Below, in pieces: positions 35,610 through 49,299 of a stretch of DNA of 64,000 nucleotides. The stretch is from Eukaryota sp. GEM-RC1 (taxonomy: Eukaryota). The position numbers and the translations under genes are program-made. The stretch's first letter is position 1, and every line of letters begins with the position of its first letter. The stretch lies in the NCBI GenBank assembly GCA_040285855.1, contig JAUFOQ010000017.1:1302001-1366000 (forward strand), written 5' to 3'. The notes beneath the pieces are model-generated. The model worked only from the letters and a program-made list of their open reading frames with translations, was not told where the DNA came from and did not search any database.

Positions 35610-36130
35610 ATTGTACCTGTCAACATTCAATTGGTTAATTAAGTGGCAGTACTTTGTATTTTTCCTTTTTCAGCCACAAGAGCAGAAAAATCATCATCAA
35701 ATTTTTGGAAATTGATCTTGAATAACAAGGATCAACAAGAGGGAAATCCATGATAATTTCCTGACAAGACAACCAAGGACCAATCAAATCACCTCGACTT
35801 CTAACAACTTTTGGCTGATCAGAAAGATTAGCAAGTAAGGGTTTAATTTTCCCATGAAAACCATTAGCTTTAAACATATCCAAACATGTATCCCGGATAC
35901 TGTTGTGGATTATTGATCGAAAATGAATAAATTGAAGACAGTTAACTAAATGATGAAAATTTGAAGCCTTTGATCGACCACAAAGACATGAAGAAAGTTT
36001 CAAAAGACCTGAAGGCCATAAACCAAACCTAAGTCTCATGTTTATAAGCCATTCATGATCCTTAAGATTAAAACAAAATCTTCTTGGCAAATGAGAAACA
36101 AATGAAGACGCAGAGCTTGAAGAAATACCA
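35610..36130 (-). mobile_element. 3' fragment of RLE-type LINE (third subfamily)
   Basis: MRLRFGL..CLCG..HHLVNC..HNSIRD..RSRGDLI; near-identical to 57180-57670. Confidence 0.85.
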
Positions 36131-36789
36131 TTTAAAATTAGTCTATCATCAGTATATTGTTTCAATGTAATCAACAAACTGTGTTACAAAACCAGGAAGA
36201 GGCTATTCATGTATTGGGTTGACTATGGACGAGAACATACATATGGATTATTCCAAGACCATACCAGATATATATTTTCTCTGCAATACAAGTTATGGGT
36301 GGTGTCAGAAATTATTATGAAGTGACACGCTGAACAGGAAGGAAAATTTTAGTGTGTGTTGTTCAGTTCCTATTTTTCCTAATATACAACCATTCAAAGA
36401 AACTTAGACGCAAAATTTGACTCTATCAGTGCTATGCACTTGTGTGGAGATTGATAACTGCTTGCTGATGTTGTTTCTGACTAATCACTCGTTGGGTGAG
36501 GGTTATGAACGGAACCGCTGTTCTCATGTTTCTTGATTAATACCTCAATAACGATTGGAACAACTCTATCTTAACAATGGTTCTTTTTTTTTCCTTTAGA
36601 GGTTTCATCTGACATGTCATTTACTACGTCTTCTTTGCCGTTTACTGAGTCTGAATTTTTTTGCGAATGATTAAACCATCAGTCTGGAAGAATTTCATAC
36701 CTGTAATTCAACCATAAATAACTCTAAAGTGGTTGACTCCCAACTTAATTTTTGTGTAATTGGGTACTGTTTATAAATGTCAAGACCAA

Positions 36790-37758
36790 ATGCTTCAACA
36801 ATCCATGAACTTTGGGGCGATTTTTGAAAACAATTCAATGTCTTCTTTTCTTCCATCAAGAGACATCTGTCTCTTTACTGACTTTGGCGTATTCATTCTC
36901 AGCTCTCACAACACAATTATTGTATTTGGTGACATTATAAAGTCTTCTTTAGCCAGAACATTCTCCTTGAATCAAAGCGTTTCTAAGATCTTTGACTCGG
37001 TTTTTCAACCATTGTATCAACTCACTGATAGATCTTATCGATCCTCACCTTCCACTGGTACATTTGATCTTTCAGGGGATCCCATAGGACCTGACTATGA
37101 TATCTCACAGTTTGCAGAGTACATCTTTCTTACTTCCACTGGTAAGCTATTTCAACTAACAGAAGACGGATTCCTTCAACTCGAGTTTCCTGGCTTAGAA
37201 AATGTCAAGTTCCTCACTCATAATAATGTTTCAGCCACAATGGCTTTCATCAATTCACCTGACCAATTCTATATTTGGTACATCAATCACTCAGCCATTC
37301 CCACACATGTTCCTCTTCTCAAAGATGTAAAAGATGTTTCTCTAGGAGCTTATCATGGAGTTGTACTTCATTACGATGGGTCAGTGACAGTGTTTGGAAG
37401 CAACAAACATCTACAATTGGGAATTCCAGAAGTTCAGACAGTTGATGTAGCATCGGCAATACAGATTCCACATCTTCCTCCAATGAAAATGGTGTCTGCT
37501 GGGAAGTTTCACACAATAGCACTATCTGTTGATGGAATTCCTTGGATCTGGGGCAGTGATGAGGAACAACAAGGATTTCTTGGACTCGGAGAAGTCTACG
37601 CAACTGGACCACGGCAATTGCCTTTTACTGATGTTACTTTTGTTGCAGCTACTGCTAAAAACTCCTTCTTTTCAAAGGGAATTGGTTGTTTTCTACTGGT
37701 TCGTCTGTACTTCTTGGTGATGGTCAAGAAGATCGAAATGTTCTTCAAAAATCTGTGA
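36790..37758 (+). CDS. RCC1-repeat protein
   Basis: VSLGAYHGVVL..GSVTVFGSNKHLQLG; VSAGKFHTIAL..GIPWIWG..GFLGLG. Start codon uncertain. Confidence 0.8.
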   Translation: MLQQSMNFGAIFENNSMSSFLPSRDICLFTDFGVFILSSHNTIIVFGDIIKSSLARTFSLNQSVSKIFDSVFQPLYQLTDRSYRSSPSTGTFDLSGDPIGPDYDISQFAEYIFLTSTGKLFQLTEDGFLQLEFPGLENVKFLTHNNVSATMAFINSPDQFYIWYINHSAIPTHVPLLKDVKDVSLGAYHGVVLHYDGSVTVFGSNKHLQLGIPEVQTVDVASAIQIPHLPPMKMVSAGKFHTIALSVDGIPWIWGSDEEQQGFLGLGEVYATGPRQLPFTDVTFVAATAKNSFFSKGIGCFLLVRLYFLVMVKKIEMFFKNL

Positions 37759-38063
37759 ATATTTTGAATTCCAGTGATTGATTCGAGTACTGTATATTTA
37801 TCTTGTTTTATCTCAATCACTTGTTACAATTTGTGAATGTATTCGATTGTAAACAATTCTTTATATTGAACAATGTGTCTCTTAAAATTGTACATAAATA
37901 TTTAAAATCACAACATGAGTTCCATTTTAAAATATCACGAATACAAAAATGTTAAAAAACAAACCAAAACATCAAAAAAGAGGTATAATACAAACTCAAA
38001 AAAAAAGAAACAATAATAAATAACAAACAAAACTGCAAAACCAAATGATACAAAACACGTGTT

Positions 38064-38966
38064 TCACTCATGACCAACCTTAATATCTAACATGGTTTTG
38101 GTAAATCCTTTCAACAACGACAGTTTCTCAAGAAGTGACTCATCACCGGCATCAAGTCGCTGCAAATGAGATTCAGAGAGATTAAAAAAAGACGAAACTC
38201 TAGTAAATAAATCAGTTAGAGCCAGATTCGCACTACTAATTGTAGCTAAATGATGTTGAACATTTCTAGTTCTAGCAAACAATGAATGCTCAAGTTGATC
38301 ATTCTCAGCGATCAAAGTATCTAACCTCTGCCTTATCTTATGCGTCTTATTATCATTAACAAGCTGAGTACTAAGCAAAGCGTCATCATCAAACACGGAG
38401 CTAGAAAAGTGTTCAGCGGACTGACTTTCCAGTTTCTCTTGTTGTTGCTGGAGCTGTTCGTTGGTGCGTTGAAGGGCGGTGTATCGGTTCATTACGTCCT
38501 TGGTAGAGGAAAAGTCCGAGGATATCATAATAACAGACTCTATGTAGTTCTTGTAGGGATCAAGGGCACTGAGAGAAGCTTGGAGGGAGTGAACTTCTGC
38601 ATTTAAGTCGGATAAGGTCTGTTTAGCTTCTTTAATTTCGGTTTCTAGTAGAGCAATGGCATGTCTCTCTGCATCAAAACGTTTGTGAGCACGGTGTAGT
38701 TTTGCAAGAGCTTCTTTTGGGTTTGAGGATTTTTTGGTGTTGGCAAAAGATTGTTGTTTGGCTATGAGTTCAGATTCCAGAACATCTAGAGCAGCTGACT
38801 GTTCTCTGTAGATTGCCCTCACTCGTTCAAGTTCCTGATGAGCATCACGTTCTCGTTGTCGAGTTTCAAGAAGTTTTGTTATTGTTGATTCGACATTGAG
38901 AGGTTGTAGTAAGTTGTGACAATTAGTTTCTTCATAACCAGTAGTTGTGATGAAGGATGAAGGCAT
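38064..38966 (-). CDS. CCDC42/CFAP73-like (DUF4200) coiled-coil ciliary protein
   Basis: TKLLE..E..L..R; YKNYIESV..DFSSTKDVMNRYTAL..TNEQL; coiled-coil throughout. Confidence 0.7.
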   Translation of the reverse strand: MPSSFITTTGYEETNCHNLLQPLNVESTITKLLETRQRERDAHQELERVRAIYREQSAALDVLESELIAKQQSFANTKKSSNPKEALAKLHRAHKRFDAERHAIALLETEIKEAKQTLSDLNAEVHSLQASLSALDPYKNYIESVIMISSDFSSTKDVMNRYTALQRTNEQLQQQQEKLESQSAEHFSSSVFDDDALLSTQLVNDNKTHKIRQRLDTLIAENDQLEHSLFARTRNVQHHLATISSANLALTDLFTRVSSFFNLSESHLQRLDAGDESLLEKLSLLKGFTKTMLDIKVGHE

Positions 38967-39915
38967 TGATTAGATTGTTCAAGAGAAATATGCTTTCACT
39001 TTGAACCTCTTCACATACGCTCTCTTCTTCTGCGCTACCTCCTCCATGAGATAACGTGAACCTCATCAAACATAACATGAAGTATCTTTGCTAGTGTTCA
39101 AGTCTAACACCGAAGACTTCTTCTCCGATTACCATCTCTACTTGGTCTCGCGATGCTGCGATGTCTCGCGACCGCTCTTGCATCCCAACAGGACCTTCGA
39201 TCTTGCTTCTTGAAGGTTTGCCCACTTCCTCTCGTTATTCCGAACGTGTTACAGTTTTCTGTGGAGCTCCTTGCAGCCGGTTGCCTTCTCGAAGTCTAGA
39301 ACTCCTCTCCCCGCCTCACTGTCCGATCTAGCTAAGTCGAGAATCGTTTTCTCGTAGTTTCTATTCCAACTCTCTCTTTGTCAAAGTACCTACTCTTCAT
39401 TGTTGTTGTTGCTATTTGATCTTCTCTTCTCCAGCTAAAACATGTGTGTGGGTGAAAGACATTGGTTGATCCTCACCAGCAATCTTCAAAAGAATCAAGC
39501 AGCTATTGAAGTCTCTATTCCAGAGATTTTTGTATCCTTCTCAACTCACTAAACCCCTACAATTGACCTTCTTCTGTCTCTTTCTACCACATCAGTTTGT
39601 GGTCATTTTCTCTCCAACTAGACCAATCAATCAGCTCAAAAATTTGATTGAACTTCGGTTGAACTCTTCTTCTACTGGAAGTTTGAATTCTTGACCTTGA
39701 GGAAGTTTTACGTGTCATTCTTCTTCTTGGTGGTCAATCTCCGTGTAGTTGACTTTTCTTTTGTAATGTTTTAAATTTGTTAATGGTTCTGGTCAGTCTT
39801 GAAAGCAATTTTCATTACTCAGAACCCCTCCTCCCGTTTTATCACGTCACCATTCAGTTTTGATTCTTAAACGCATTACATAGTGTTCAATTGTGGCATT
39901 ATTTTCAAATTTAAA
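38905..39915 (-). repeat. Dispersed repeat family copy overlapping the CCDC42-like 5' end
   Basis: Colinear with 44225-45245; inverted copies at 48520-49220 and 53505-54260. Confidence 0.85.
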
Positions 39916-40010
39916 TATTTAAGTGGAATTTTGAACTACAATTTGAAGACTATGGTATCTTCGACAAGTTTAACTGACGAACGTAATCAAACAATTAATT
40001 TATCTGTGGA

Positions 40011-40952
40011 TCAGCAACTTTGGTATTCATGAATATTTATAAATAAAAAGACATTCAAGCTAGTGTCACCATTATTGTCGGAATACAATTGTTGGCGGAA
40101 TATAACTCTAAGTTTGATTTGATCAGCAACCTTGTTATAATAATCACAGGCTCGAGCGGAAGCATCATGAGATTGTTTCACGTCAAATTGATGTAAAGTC
40201 ATATTCCTCATAACAGTAATAAAGTGTATAATACATCCCAAACTTCACTCGTATAACACTTTCGTGAGGATGAGGTGTTGATGTGGGAGGTCAAGAATTT
40301 CGTTAGGGAGGTCACCAGTTGCTAATAAAGGGATCTGCTCTAGTATACGGATAGAATCTGCAACTAGCGCCAGGATTTGATCGTTGTCAGGTATACAGTT
40401 TCGAATACAAGAAAGAAGACTATCAGAGGAAATGATATGCCATATAGCTTGCAGATGATGATGACGAAATTTGAGGTCACTTATATGTAAACGTGACATA
40501 ATACTGGTTGCTTCCAGATATCAGGACTGGTTTTTGCCTCAAACGAATCGCCAAACACCAGGGATGCACTATCAGCAGCGACTTCGTCTCCGGCCTTATA
40601 TGCAATTCTGTATACTGTTTCTAATGTAAGTCACATAAGAACAAACGTTCATCAGCCAGTTCTATAGCCAAGTACACAGTTTCATTGGTAAGCAAAGAGG
40701 AAACGTATGCAGCCAACTGAAATAGACGTCTCCGTTGACGGGAAGCGTTGGTTGCAACACGTACGTGTTCCGGTTCATGAGACATTTTTTTAAGATTCTT
40801 CCTCTGAAATTGTTTGATCAACAAGTGTTTGGAGTACTCGAAAATCACGTCATCATCTGCCCACTGGCCAGGATTGAGGTATTCTAGATAGTTTTAGACA
40901 ATGGTCCTGGATTTGATTCGACATCTCCATCCATGGTGAGCTCTCTTTGAAA
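40011..40952 (-). pseudogene. Degraded 2A-led ORF with Ulp1-like start
   Basis: FQRELTMDGDVESNPGP (40902-40952), then after a lesion PGQWADDDVIFEYSKHL; 40076-40200 is near-identical in reverse complement to 6812-6937. Confidence 0.65.
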
Positions 40953-43900
40953 CGGTGTAGAAAATCAATGAAGGCAACTTTTTACATCATTACCTTTTCA
41001 AATAAGGATGCTTTCGGAAAGGTTTGTTATTGAGGTTTGGAGAGAAAACTCGTAGAAATACAGTCTTTGCCAGTCATTAGTCCAATATCCGTATAGATTA
41101 CACATAACAGATATCTTAATACAATGTGATTCAAATAAATATCAGTTTTTACTTTTTTTAGAAACATAGCGAATGCCTAACTTGTTGAGTAGATAATGTT
41201 CTTCAGAATTAAAATTCAATTTTGCGTTTTTCCAATCAACGTGTGTGTAACACATGTTGAATACGAATTATGCCCTTTGCTGATTCAATCTATGGCCATT
41301 TAAAAACAGTGTACTAAATCCTGTCAATGACTCTTCTTTGGTAATTTTAAAAATTTTTTAATGGTTCTGGTCAGTCTTGAAACTCATTACTCAGAACCCC
41401 TAATTTTATCACATCAGATTTGATTCTCAATCATATTGAATTATTATAAGTTTCAATATTAATCAAAACTTTGGTGATTTAAGAATAATTTGACTCATGA
41501 ATTTTTCAGTCAAACTTTCGACAGCTCTTGAAAACTCCATTGTATTAGAAATCTTACCACAATAGGCCAACTCTACCAACGTAAATGTAAAACATACAAT
41601 TAAAAGGGTAAATTAAACAATTACCAATTCATGAGAAACTGATCTCGCATATGTCTAACGAATTCCTAACGTACTATTGAATATTGTAACAATATGAAAG
41701 TATCTGTGACACATAATCATCAAAATTGTACGTCATTGGCATTTCAGAAATGGCACACGTCTTGAATTACTTCTTCAAGGATCGCACAGATAGATAAGAA
41801 CGAAGACATACGCTTGATTCCACAATCCGTATTGATGGGGAAAGCGCTTTAGATGTACTTGGTTTATTGTAAAAAGAATAAAGAAAACTACAGAGGAGAT
41901 TTGTCATGACACTTTGACACGTGTAACAACAACAGAAGTGAAGAACATTGAAGATAAGTATGTGTCATGTAGGTAATTTTAGGAGGAATTGCGGTAGAAC
42001 AGAAATGACAGGGCCAATCGATTGGCGGTAACATAAATACTACCTTGTTTGACAATGTATCGCATAGTATTGGTAAGTTTTGAAGTGGACAATAAGATCA
42101 TTTCGTACTCATGTTGAGTCACTGTTGAACAGCTCTTTTCCTTAGGTTCTGGAACTTCGCGATCGAGAGATCTCACTTCTATGTCTCTTTCTTTGAAATC
42201 GGGTCTTAAATTGGAAAGCCTTGAAACTGGTGAACGATATGGCTTGGCGACTTTCGAAGAAGTCTTGTATTTCGTGCTCAGCGGACTTTCATTAAAGTGA
42301 CGTTGGCAAATGGATTCATTCAAAAATTTGCCTCTAATAAGGTCTTGTCATTTCCGAAAAAATGATTTCTTATTGAAAGCGAATCGTCATTTTTCATGAC
42401 AATTTTAAAGGCGTCTAGATTTTGTAGGATAATTTTGTATAACATAATCTGAAGTTAATTCCTTGAGAATGAGAATGGCTCCGTGGCCTTTCATGGCAGT
42501 GATTACCGTTGTTTCTATGTATAAAATGGGAGTAATTGATGATTGATGATTGTCTCTTGATACTCTTGGTCGAAGTCTTAAGAGTTTACTGATGGTGTAT
42601 GTAACTTGGTCACAAAGTTTCTGACCAAACCAATTGCATCAAATTAAGCAGATGAGTTCCAATTAACAGATTTTATCTAAGCCAATACCACAGTCTCCTA
42701 ATGAATTATTCCTAAATTTTTACCTGGCTCCCACGTACAAATTGTATAAAAAACATGAGCACAACAGCCCAGCAGACAGACAGATAAACTAAATTTTCAA
42801 TAAACGTAATGAACAGTACGGGTGCACCATCTCTACATTAGGCCCATTATCAGTAGTTATATTCATAACTTTAGTGGTTAACTCATGTTGAGAAATAACA
42901 ACCATAAAATATTTTAAATATTCTGCTAATCATCTACATTATGTGGATTATGTAGCGTTTCTAAGGGACGAAAATCTAGTGAATATTAAAATATTATCAC
43001 GAATAAGTAACTTACACGGCAATTCAGACATTCTACAAGTGATTGCATCTTTAGTTTGGTTGATAAAAATGAGTCCTTGATACGGATCAAAGAGAAACGG
43101 GAATAGCTGCAATTTCGCCAATCGAGTACGGCGGGCCATGTGTCACTATAATGTGGGCAATTGCTTTGTCCACTCATCAATCTGGGTTGTATTTCACATC
43201 GTACCAATCATTTTTCTGAATTAGTAATGATTGATTCGGAAATCTACTAACTAATTTAGCAAATACAAATACAATATTTTTGCCATTCTTTTGGATTATT
43301 TAATAACTAGGACTTGAAAGCTAGAGCATCCAGCTGGAAATGACACGTGATTGTTTTAGTACATCCTTGTCGCAACCAATAGTGTGGTGGCGGGTCATAA
43401 GTTAATAGCCAATGCTTGGATGATGGTGCAGCCGCCTTACACCAATAGTTGCAGGAAACATTAGCCCATGTGTATAAAACACAAATGGATTATCCCTGTG
43501 GTATATGCAGAAGGTATAACTATTACAACTTCTCAATTTACCCACCTCGGTCTCATCTTGCACTTTGGGGTCATCTTCAAAATCATGTACGAAATTCTAT
43601 TACGAAACTTCTTGGTAGCTTTGAGATTGTTGGCGTTACGGAATCTTTCATCAGAAAGCTTGTTTTACAATTTGAGGTTGAATATATTATGAAATTTCAG
43701 GACAAACCATTGGGAGCATCAATGGACTAATCGAGTTCAAATTATCCAAAATGGGTTTTTATCATAATGCCGTTTATAAATTTAATTTACTATGAAAACT
43801 AAAATTTGATATCATTAAACAAGACCGATCACTCCCAAATCTTCTAAAGTGTTCATAACAGGACCTCACAGCTACTAGTATTGAGGTCTTAATAGAGTGG

Positions 43901-44224
43901 TGACGTGGGAAAAATTAATGTCAACTGTATTTACTAGTATTTCAACAGAAATCAAATTGACTCTAGAACTCAAAATTAGTGTTCACTGGGCAGTGATTTG
44001 TTCATTGAAACAGTAGTCAATGCTGGATATCCAATTAACGACATTTCCCAGACCGATGAATATGACCACTGATTATATTAATGGCAAATATATGAGCAAT
44101 TGGTCAATTGTGGTTTGTTAATAAAATACGGAACTAGTTTCAACAATCATTGATTGGAGTGACAAAACTTTTGAAATGGTTGAAGATTACACGAGCTATA
44201 CACTGAAGAATAGTTTCAAATCCA

Positions 44225-45245
44225 ATGTAGTAAGTTGTGACAATAAGTTTCTTCATATCCAGTAGTTGTAATGAAGGATGAAGGCATTTGATTAGATCCC
44301 AAAATTGACGTCTCATTGCTTTACTGGTGAACCTCTTCACATACGCTCTTCTTCCGTGCTACCTCCTCCACGAGATAACGTGATCCGCATCAAATGTTAC
44401 ATGAAATATCTTTGCTAGTGTTCAAGTCTAACACCGAAGACTTCTTCGCCGATTGCTATTTCTGTTTGGTCTCGCGACCGTTCTTGTACATCAGCAGAAC
44501 CTTCGAAGTTGCTTCTTGAAGGTTTGCCCACTTCATCTCGTTATTCCCAACGTGTTACAGCTTTCTGTGGAGATCCTTGTGTATGTAGATGGCAGGCGGT
44601 TGCCTTCTTGATTTCCAGAACTCCTCTCCCCGCCTCACTTTACGATCTTCGTTGCTCTGTCGAGAATCGTTTTCTCGGAGCTCTACCTTCTGTCTTAGTT
44701 TTATCTCTCTCTCCTCCTCTGAGAGAGGTAACTGAATGCCTACTCTTCATTGTCTTTGATCTTTGATCTTCCCTTCTCCAGCTAAAACACGCGTGTGGAT
44801 GAACTACATTGGTCGATCCTCACCAGCAAGATTACACTCAACAATCTTTAGAAGAATCAAGCAGCTGTTGAAGTCTCGATTCCAGAGTTTCTGAACTCAT
44901 CATCACTTGACTTCATCTGCCTGTTCTTACCACATTAGTTTGTGGTCATTTTCCATCCAACTAGACCAATCAATCAGCTCAAAAAGTTGATTGAACTTCT
45001 GTTGAACTATATTCCTCTTCTTTTGGAAGTCTGAATCCTCAAAGTTAGGCTTCCGTGTGTCGTTTAGCCAATCTGCCTGTAGTTGATTCTTCTTTTGTAA
45101 TATTTCAAATTTGTTAATGGTTCTGGTCAGTCTTGAAAGCAATTTTCAACACCAAGAATGCTTGTTCTATCCCGTAACCATTCAATTTTGATTCTTAAAC
45201 GCATTATATAGTGCTAAATTGTGCTATTAATTTGAAATTTAATAT
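44225..45245 (-). repeat. Dispersed repeat family copy carrying a duplicate of the CCDC42-like 5' end
   Basis: Colinear with 38905-39915, including gaaggatgaaggcat (start-codon region). Confidence 0.85.
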
Positions 45246-45949
45246 TCTTGATATTGTTTAAGGAAATTACCTAGCCCTCCCCTAATATTAAGTACTGTCA
45301 GGCGCCAAATAGTACCCCGGGTCACTAAATTATAGCAAAAATGTTGAAAACCTGTGTTGGTGAAAAATTTGTCATTGATTCATGAGTTAGTCTGCAGCTA
45401 TGCGGAAGATTGCTTATTCAAACAACATTACAGATAAAGTCTCGAGAAATTCGGGTCCTTATTATATGATGTACCAGTCAACTCCGGAGTCGATCAAACT
45501 CACCAATAGCTCACTGATCCTCACTCGTATGAGGATGAATTGAAACCAAAACATAAACTAGTATGTTAGTGAGCGGTATATAATGATATTGTTTATGTTT
45601 TTGCACAGAAATGGACTAATGAATTGATAATCTTGCTGTTCGATAAGAAATTGTGCATCAAAGTCTTACTCCTAAATTTAGAATCTAAATAGATTTTTGG
45701 TGTCTACACCGCTTTAGTCTCTTTGCCAAAATTAATCATCACGTGATTAATTGTCGAATTGGTATTGTTCATTTATCCTGGATGATGAACATTCTTTACA
45801 AAGCATACAGCAAACACAAACTATCTTTTGTATCGACTACAGATGGACAACGGACTTTTCTTACATTACTTGACCATTGCATTACTTTCCTTTTAAAACC
45901 CTACTTTCCTGTTATGAAAACCAAGCACAATCATCGGATTTTCCCTACG

Positions 45950-48003
45950 TAATCAGTGGCTCAACTAGCGCAGGAAAATCAACAATTTTCATAATCATTT
46001 TTACACTGTCAGTTTTCTCAAATGTTATCGTGTCACAACCAACTCGGATGTTTTAAATAATAGATCATCTGGTTCACGAGTAGGTAGTCAATTCACGGCT
46101 GATCTACCGATTGCCGCTTTCTTTCTTGGTGGGGGTCACCAACAATATCACTGCCAGTACACTTGCGTTGTAAGTGGAATTGACTCAGCTACATTGGGTT
46201 CAAAATCAGGTGAAGTGAATCCAATATTCTCTCATTTTGATTCAAATAATTCATGTGACTTTGAAATGATTGATCATTTGATACAGTTTTTCTTCACAAG
46301 AACACTAGATGTTCTTGACTTTATTAATTTTGATCCGTGTCATTGGACTACCAAGCTGACACTTGTGTTTCCATCCGAATTTGGTCAAGCTGTTTTGATT
46401 CATCAAAATGATTTACGTGAAGCTGTACGGGCATATTTAAAGTGATATTTTAAATAAGCGATATTTAAATAGTTTCGAGCAAGTTGTAAAAATGTGCTCG
46501 AAATTTGTAAAACCTTCAATCATTAATACTCGAGCACTGACATAAATACTTTGTTCAATTTTTGATATTATCATTTATTATTGGAACTTTGCAATCGATA
46601 TGAGAGGTGTAACAGTCATTGTATTTTTACCTGGAGCTTTTGAGGTTGATGCTCTAGTGAAATCGTGCAATTACAGTAAATTTTTGCCTCCAAATTGTAC
46701 ATTCCCCTTATATTCTTTGTTTCTTGTTCCAGGTAATATTGAAGAAACATGTACAATAACAGAAATAACTAATTTCACCTTCGACTTAATCTCCCAGGTC
46801 AGCACTGTTGAAACAGAATCTCTCGATGACTTGTATTTGTCAGCTCTACTGAACGAAATTCGTCACTATGCTAGGCGCAAAGGCTTAGTTTCCGAAAAGA
46901 CTTCAATTGAATCTAAAAATGATGATGACTTTAATAACGATTACTTAGGTATGGACAAACGAATTGATAATTTTGCTAAACTTTAATTTTGCTTTTAGTT
47001 TGGAAAGTGTGAATCAAAATCTTCATTCAACATGGATTTTTCGTTCCCTGTACCGCTTTGTTGTCTTTGCCAAAATCTATGTTGAGTCAGATTCGGATGT
47101 CCAAACAAAGTACAGGAAAAGTCATTTGGATTCTCTGTATTTGTTCATTTTTATGCTAGGATATCAAAGTTATATTACCTCTCTAGATTCATCTGAAATT
47201 TATGAGTTTTCAGGTTTAATTAAATTCCCCTTTGACTTCTTTAAGTATATGTTCAATGAACAGGACGATGAATCCACTATTTTAGAGGCTATCGATAATG
47301 CTTTAAGATACCAGAGAAAAACAAAAACCACAAAGTGTTGTTCAATTGGACCAAGTTTCATCTCTTATGGAAGAAGATCGTATGGAAGAAGTATGTATGT
47401 CATGTAACTTCGGGGAGTAGTTTCCCCCGAAATATTTCATCCAACTCCACACTCTGAATATAATGATCTGAAGAAAGAGTTTACCGAATTGGACGATATA
47501 TTTAATTCAAAAGGTTGCGATTCAATTTTTCCGCACTGGATAGAAAATGTCAACAACCATGAGCGAATCAGTACTGTTCATTTATCCTGGATTGGAAAGA
47601 ATTCCAAATTACAAGAAAAAATTGATTCTGCATCATATTTCAAAGTCGTCTGCAATTGAATGTGCTGGCAGAGTTGCTAGAACAAGGCCTGGTATATGTA
47701 TCAGATTATATTGGTACTACAACTAGACACGTGACCAAAAATCCTGAAGTTCTAGAATCTCCATTGGATGATTTCATTTTAAGAGTTAAACATATTTCTG
47801 TAACTCACAGGATATTTATTCGTTCAATGCTCGACAGTCCTCCTAACGAAAAACTAAATGAAACAATGCGTTCATTGTATGTCCGTAACATCATGGATAT
47901 TATTTATATCGTTGACAGGTTAACTCAATTGTGTAGGATCAGATCATCTCTTTGTGATTCAGATAAGCAGTATAATTACATTCTTAATTGCTTTGTTCTG
48001 TAA
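45950..48003 (+). pseudogene. Fragmented DEAH-box RNA helicase pseudogene
   Basis: VISGSTSAGKST (motif I), VIVSQPTR (Ia), IVFLPGAFEV (IV), AGRVARTRPGICIR (VI), scattered over frames. Confidence 0.65.
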
Positions 48004-49220
48004 CAATCAGTTCCAGGAATTATCCTTTTGGGTGATATTCAAAAAAAGACAATAATAAGTGGTTTCGTGAGGAAATTAATGTACCTAATGAAATCAAATT
48101 TTTAATGAATTGATTGATACGACTTTCGTTGATTAAAAACTTTGGCCCGTAAGAATGAAAAGTTTGTTATCAATCTACAACTTCTGTATACTTGAGGCTC
48201 AATATGTATCTATAAAATAATTAACAAATGACGATACTGTTTTCTAAATACAGCAACATCACATCATTAGGTCTATTTAAAATAGTCTAAAGTTCCACAT
48301 AAAATCTGAAATTATTCTAAATTTGTGCAACTTTTTAATATGTTTAGAAGCAAAAGTTAGGGATAAACCCTTGGTAACGCGATCAAACAAGGATTCTGAG
48401 TATTGAAAATTTCTTCCAACGCTGAATAGAACCATAAAAAAAATAATTGAAATAATTGAAAAATGAACGATCACACAGATTGAGCAATGAAGGTGACACA
48501 TAAAATTTTCTCAAAGTGAAGAATGTAAACTTCCTAAAAAAGAAGCATAGAGTTCAACAGAAATTCAATCAACTTTTTGAGCTGATTGATTGGTCTAGTT
48601 GGATGTAAAATGACCACAAACTGATGTGGCAATAAGAGGCAGAAGAAGGTCAATTGGTTGGGGAAAAGTAAGTCATAATCTCTGGAATTGAGACTTCATA
48701 GACTTGTAGCTGATTCTTCTAAAGATTGTTGAGTGTACTCTTGCTGGTGAGGATTCGACCAAAGTACTTCATCCACATGCGTGTTGTAGCTGTAGAAGAA
48801 AAGACCAAAGACAATGAAGAGTAGGCATTCAGTTTGGCAGGGAGAGAGAGGTAAGACCAGAAGGTAGAAGCTTCGAGAAAACGATTTTCGACAGAGCAAC
48901 AAAGATCGGACAGTGAGGCGGGGAGAGGAGTTCTGGACTTCAAGAGGGCAACCGCCTGCCATCTACACATAAGGAGCTCCACAGAAAGCTGTAACACGTT
49001 GGGAATAACGAGAGGGAAGTGGGCAAACCTTCAAGAAGCAAGTTCGAAGGTTCTGTTGGGATGCAAGAGCAGTCGCGAGACCAAGGACAGACGGTAATCG
49101 GAGAAGAAGTCTTCGGTGTTAGACTTGAACACTAGCAAAGATACTTCATGTTGTGGTTGATGAGGTTCACGTTATCTCGTGGAGGAGGTAGAAGAAGAGA
49201 GCGCATGTGAAGAGGTTGAC
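47588..49220 (+). repeat. ~1.65-kb direct segmental duplication, copy 1 (copy 2 at ~52579-54230)
   Basis: Near-identical DNA; both encode ...HVTKNPEVLESPLDDFILRVKH...NCFVL, followed by the dispersed repeat. Confidence 0.9.
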
Positions 49221-49299
49221 CAAGCAGTGAACCAATGAAAGTTCATATTATATGAAACATATTTCTCAGCAATAAAGACAGTTTATTGATGGAGGGTAC

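Noticed and set aside
42830..43170. hAT-like ITTDNGPN and metallophosphoesterase-like IVTHGPP fragments on the minus strand
   Set aside because: Isolated motifs without supporting context.
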